A stretch of 64,000 bases of DNA from Piromyces finnis finn. Its lineage: Eukaryota; Fungi; Neocallimastigomycota. Each line of letters starts with the position of its first letter. The first letter of the stretch is position 1. The stretch covers positions 62,001-126,000 of the forward strand of contig MCFH01000069.1 in the NCBI GenBank assembly GCA_002104945.1, read 5' to 3'. The notes under the pieces are model-generated. The model was given only the letters and a program-made list of their open reading frames with translations. It made no database searches and was not told the DNA's origin. Positions 60,152 through 64,000 of this stretch are shown piece after piece. A program made the position numbers and the translations under genes.

Positions 60152-61634
60152 TTTTTTATATTTATTTGAATATCTTTTTTTTTTTTTTTAATTTTATTTT
60201 TAAAATTTCTTAATTCCTGTAATAAATTTTATTATTTATTTACTTGTAAACTAAAAACATTGAATAAAGAAAAAAATAAAAATAAAAGAATAAAATTAAT
60301 ATTAAAAGTAACAAAAACTATTTTATTTTGAAATTTACTTTAATTGAATTTGATTCATTAATATTAATATGGAAATTACAAAAAAAGAATATGAAATTAT
60401 AATAAATCCTTTTTAAAATATTTTAATTTATAGTTAATTTATACCTACTAATAATGATTATTTCAATATAGAATTAAAATGTATGACCTTTCAGATAAAG
60501 AGAATATTGAACACCTGCAATCTAGCAGTTTTATTTATAACTCCCTTTTTTATATTTTATTTATTATTTGTTAGAATTTTAGTTTTTTTTAATATTTACT
60601 TTATTATAGTAATTTTATTAATATTTCATTACAAAGATTTTAATTAACAATTACAAGTTTGTATTTATACTAAAATTTATGGCTTATGCTCTAATACATA
60701 CATTATCAATACATTACATTATATTAACTACATTTTACTAATGAATAAAGTTTATAATAAAATTTGAGATTTTCTAACATTTATTAAACTATAATTAATT
60801 AATTTAAAATCTTAACTTTTTTTTTTTTTCAAAATATACATTTTATATATAATTTTATAAGTAAAATAAGAATATATATTTTGAAAAAAAAACACATATA
60901 TATATAGCTTTGTTGTTTTTATTATTATTTTAAGAAAAACAATTAAATAAATTTACTACAAAAATAAAAGAAAATTATATTTCTTGACTTTGTTAATTAC
61001 TCAGAATATTTTATTTTTTTTTTTTTTAGGATAACTTTGAGAAAGTCATTCCATTTTTATTCCTTGATTTTTATTAGTGTAAAAATAAAATTATGAAATT
61101 AATTAAAACTTGTTTTACATCTTGTTTTATATCTTGTTTTATATATATATATATATTTTGGTATAAATATAAAAATTAAATATTATCTAAACTAAAGATA
61201 CTTTTTTAATATTATTATAACGAGAAAAACTTTTTCTTATTATATAAATAAACAGCTTTTACTGATTTTTTTTATAATTACCATTTATTTATAATAAAAC
61301 AAAATATTTATTTATTATAAAAAAAATTCTTCAAAATTTTGTTTTTTTTTTTTTTTGATCGGTTTAATAAATTTTCTAATTAAATTAATTAAAAATTAAT
61401 TAATTTTATTAAAGTATAAAAACCTTAAATTTTAGTTATTTACTTTTTTTCGATAAACTATAAATTGAAGAAAAATGGATGAATTTTAAATTTTCAAAAA
61501 AAAAAAAAAAGGAATTTTAAAAAACGTTTATAATAATAAAGTTATAAAAAAAAAGTTATTTATAAAAATAAATAATTAAGAAAATTGTATAAAATTATAT
61601 AAATTATCCAAACAAACAAAAAAATAAACAAAAA

Positions 61635-64000
61635 ATGAATTTTAAAACTATTCTTGCTATTCTTTCTTTTGATTTATTATCTAAAACATTATCTTCACCA
61701 GTTAATGAAAATTCAACTAATGCTGTTGTATATGGTGTTGATAATGAAGTAGATAATGTTAATATTCTTACTGAAAAAATTGAGCAATTAGACTTAAGTT
61801 CTGAAGAAGAAACAATTGATGTTGATATATATGATGGAGAAATTGAAGTTGCTGATAGTTCTGATGAAGAAGTTACAGCCGTTTTTAATGAAAATGTATT
61901 TTATTTATCTTTTTCTTTTTTTATTATCTTATTGTATATTTTTTTAAGAAACAATAGAAATATTAATTTATATCTTATATTTTATAATAATAAATTGAAT
62001 TGAAAATCATTTATAAAGGTTTGCCAAACTAAAGAATGTTTAGAGGTTTCTAATAGAATGTTAAGCTTTATAGATGATACAGTTGATCCATGTGATGATT
62101 TTTATCAATTTACCTGTGGAAATTGGATTGTAAGTATAGAATGAATAATTATTAAAATAGCTTGATTATATTTTAATTCAAAAGTACTATTTAAAGAATA
62201 TAAAATTAATATAATTATTTTCTTTTTTTAATAATAGAATGAAAATAAAAATTCATTAAGTGTTTTTGATTCTACAGATAATAATAGTAAAGTAAGCAAA
62301 TATGATGTATATTTAATTAGTTATAATAATTTATTCAAATAAACAGAATTTTATTATTATAATAAAGATAATATTATTAACGTTTAATTTATTAATATAT
62401 AAATTAATTTTTTACTTTTTTTAAAAAGGAATTTTTTATGGAATTAATGAATAAAGAATATAAGCCAAATAAAAGTTTAAGTACAAAAGAACAAGAATAT
62501 GATGAAAAGATTTTAAATAAAATTAAAACCTTTTTCAGTAGTTGTATTAATCAAAACAAAAACAAAGAAAAAGAAAAAGAATTAATTTTAGATTTAATTA
62601 AACAACTTAAAATTGATGAAAGAAAAAATCATTTTAATGATAGAGATGTATTAACACAAACCATTGTTGATATTCACAAATATAATACTGAGATGTCACC
62701 TCTCTTTATAAGAAATTATACATTGGATGGAAAAAAAAGATACAGAATTGTCATTGGAAAGGAATATAAAAAAATTGATAAAATAAGCATTAAAACAATA
62801 TTTTATAATGCTTTTAAAGATAAAAACGATGAGGAAATTGATGACATGGTTGAATCAATTGTTAACTTTTATATAAAATTGTATGGAGAAGATGCTATCA
62901 TTGATGAAACTGATTCTGATGTAAATAATATTAATATTAAAGAAATAAAAGGAGCTATATCTAAGAAATTTAGTTTAAGAAATATTGGTAGTATTGAAAA
63001 TGACGATATTTTGGATGAAATTCCAGACTCCGATATAAAAGACATTAAATATTTAATGAAAATATGCCCAAGCATTAATTGGAAATTATATTTAGAAAAG
63101 ATATTTGAAGGTCACATTAAAAATAATCCAATAACAGAAGATACTGAAATTTATATTTTAGATGAAACTTATTTTAAAGAGTTGAACAAAGTTCTTAGTG
63201 AAACTGACAATGATACTTTAGCAAACTTCTTTACATGGTATTTATATTTTAGATAAATATAATTATCAAAATATTTAGCCATTATTAAAATATTAAAAAC
63301 CCTATCCTATTTTTATAATATAATTAATAATTTAGGAGTACATTACATAATCTTATATCATTAACAAATGATCCATTATTTAATATGGATGAATATTTAA
63401 CTGATATTTGTTATAGCCTTACTAGAATAGTATTTACTCATGCATTAGGAAGATATTTTGTTTTAGAAAACTCTAATAATGATACTAATGCATACGCTGA
63501 AAAACTTTTAGAATATACTAAACAAAGTATGTATAATAGAATTCCTCAAATGGAATGGCTTGATGATGAAACCATTGAATATGCATATAAAAAAATTGAT
63601 ACTATGACAACAACTATTGGGTATACTAAAGAAATTTTAGATCAAGAATATATATTTAAAATGTATGAAGGATTTGATGTTAGCCTTGATGATTTCCTTA
63701 CCAATCAAATTAATTATGTAATTTTTATGAATAACAAAATATTAGATTTCTATGAAGGCGGTTTAGAAAGTATCTTAGTAGAGGCATTAATACCACAAGT
63801 AATTAAATTAATAAATACTATATTAATTAGTAAATTGAATTTATATTTTATCCTTTTTTTTTGACTAACTTTTTTTTTATTAGAATGTCAATGCTTATTA
63901 TACTCCTTTAAATAATTCCATTTTCATACCAATTGGTATCTTACAAACACCATTCTTTAGTCATGGAATTCCTGATTATATTAATTATGGTGGTATTGGT
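61635..64000 (+). CDS. Secreted M13 (neprilysin/ECE-like) metallopeptidase, multi-exon, 3' part beyond the window
   Basis: Signal peptide and acidic propeptide-like exon, then [46 protein letters not shown], and [29 protein letters not shown] at the window end. Confidence 0.88.

Noticed and set aside
61896-62003. Hydrophobic tail suggesting a stand-alone 122-aa membrane protein
   Set aside because: Intron sequence of the M13 peptidase gene; the next exon starts at about 62020 (VCQTKEC).

Overview
Extremely AT-rich eukaryotic DNA with GT-AG introns. CBM18 arrays, fungal dockerins (CBM10-like), CotH, SBP-7TM receptors, ankyrin expansions and bacterial-type genes point to an anaerobic gut fungus (Neocallimastigomycota; inferred from gene content). 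About 15 host protein genes are present: three ankyrin proteins, a Ubl-MATHx3-coiled-coil-RING protein, GH114, an S8 protease with CBM18, two tandem SBP-class C GPCR-like receptors sharing an apparently identical 2.5 kb core, CotH kinase, a small TM protein, an NCS2 uracil/xanthine permease, a CBM18x8-DUF4874/DUF4832 protein, a dockerin-bearing GH74, an arginase-family protein and an M13 peptidase. There is also a DHA2 MFS transporter interrupted by one in-frame TGA and two decayed gene remnants. The most notable object is a full-length, intact single-ORF non-LTR retrotransposon (44335-50020, minus) with a 13-bp TSD and about 30-nt poly(A). Its about 0.9 kb 5' leader has two tandem 123/124-nt hairpin-rich monomers and a textbook GTAAGT-TACTAAC-TAG intron holding several start-stop uORFs. 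An inverted internal fragment of the same family sits on an expanded (AAT)n just outside the TSD. All calls come from manual reading; no database search or folding software was run, and exon boundaries are approximate.
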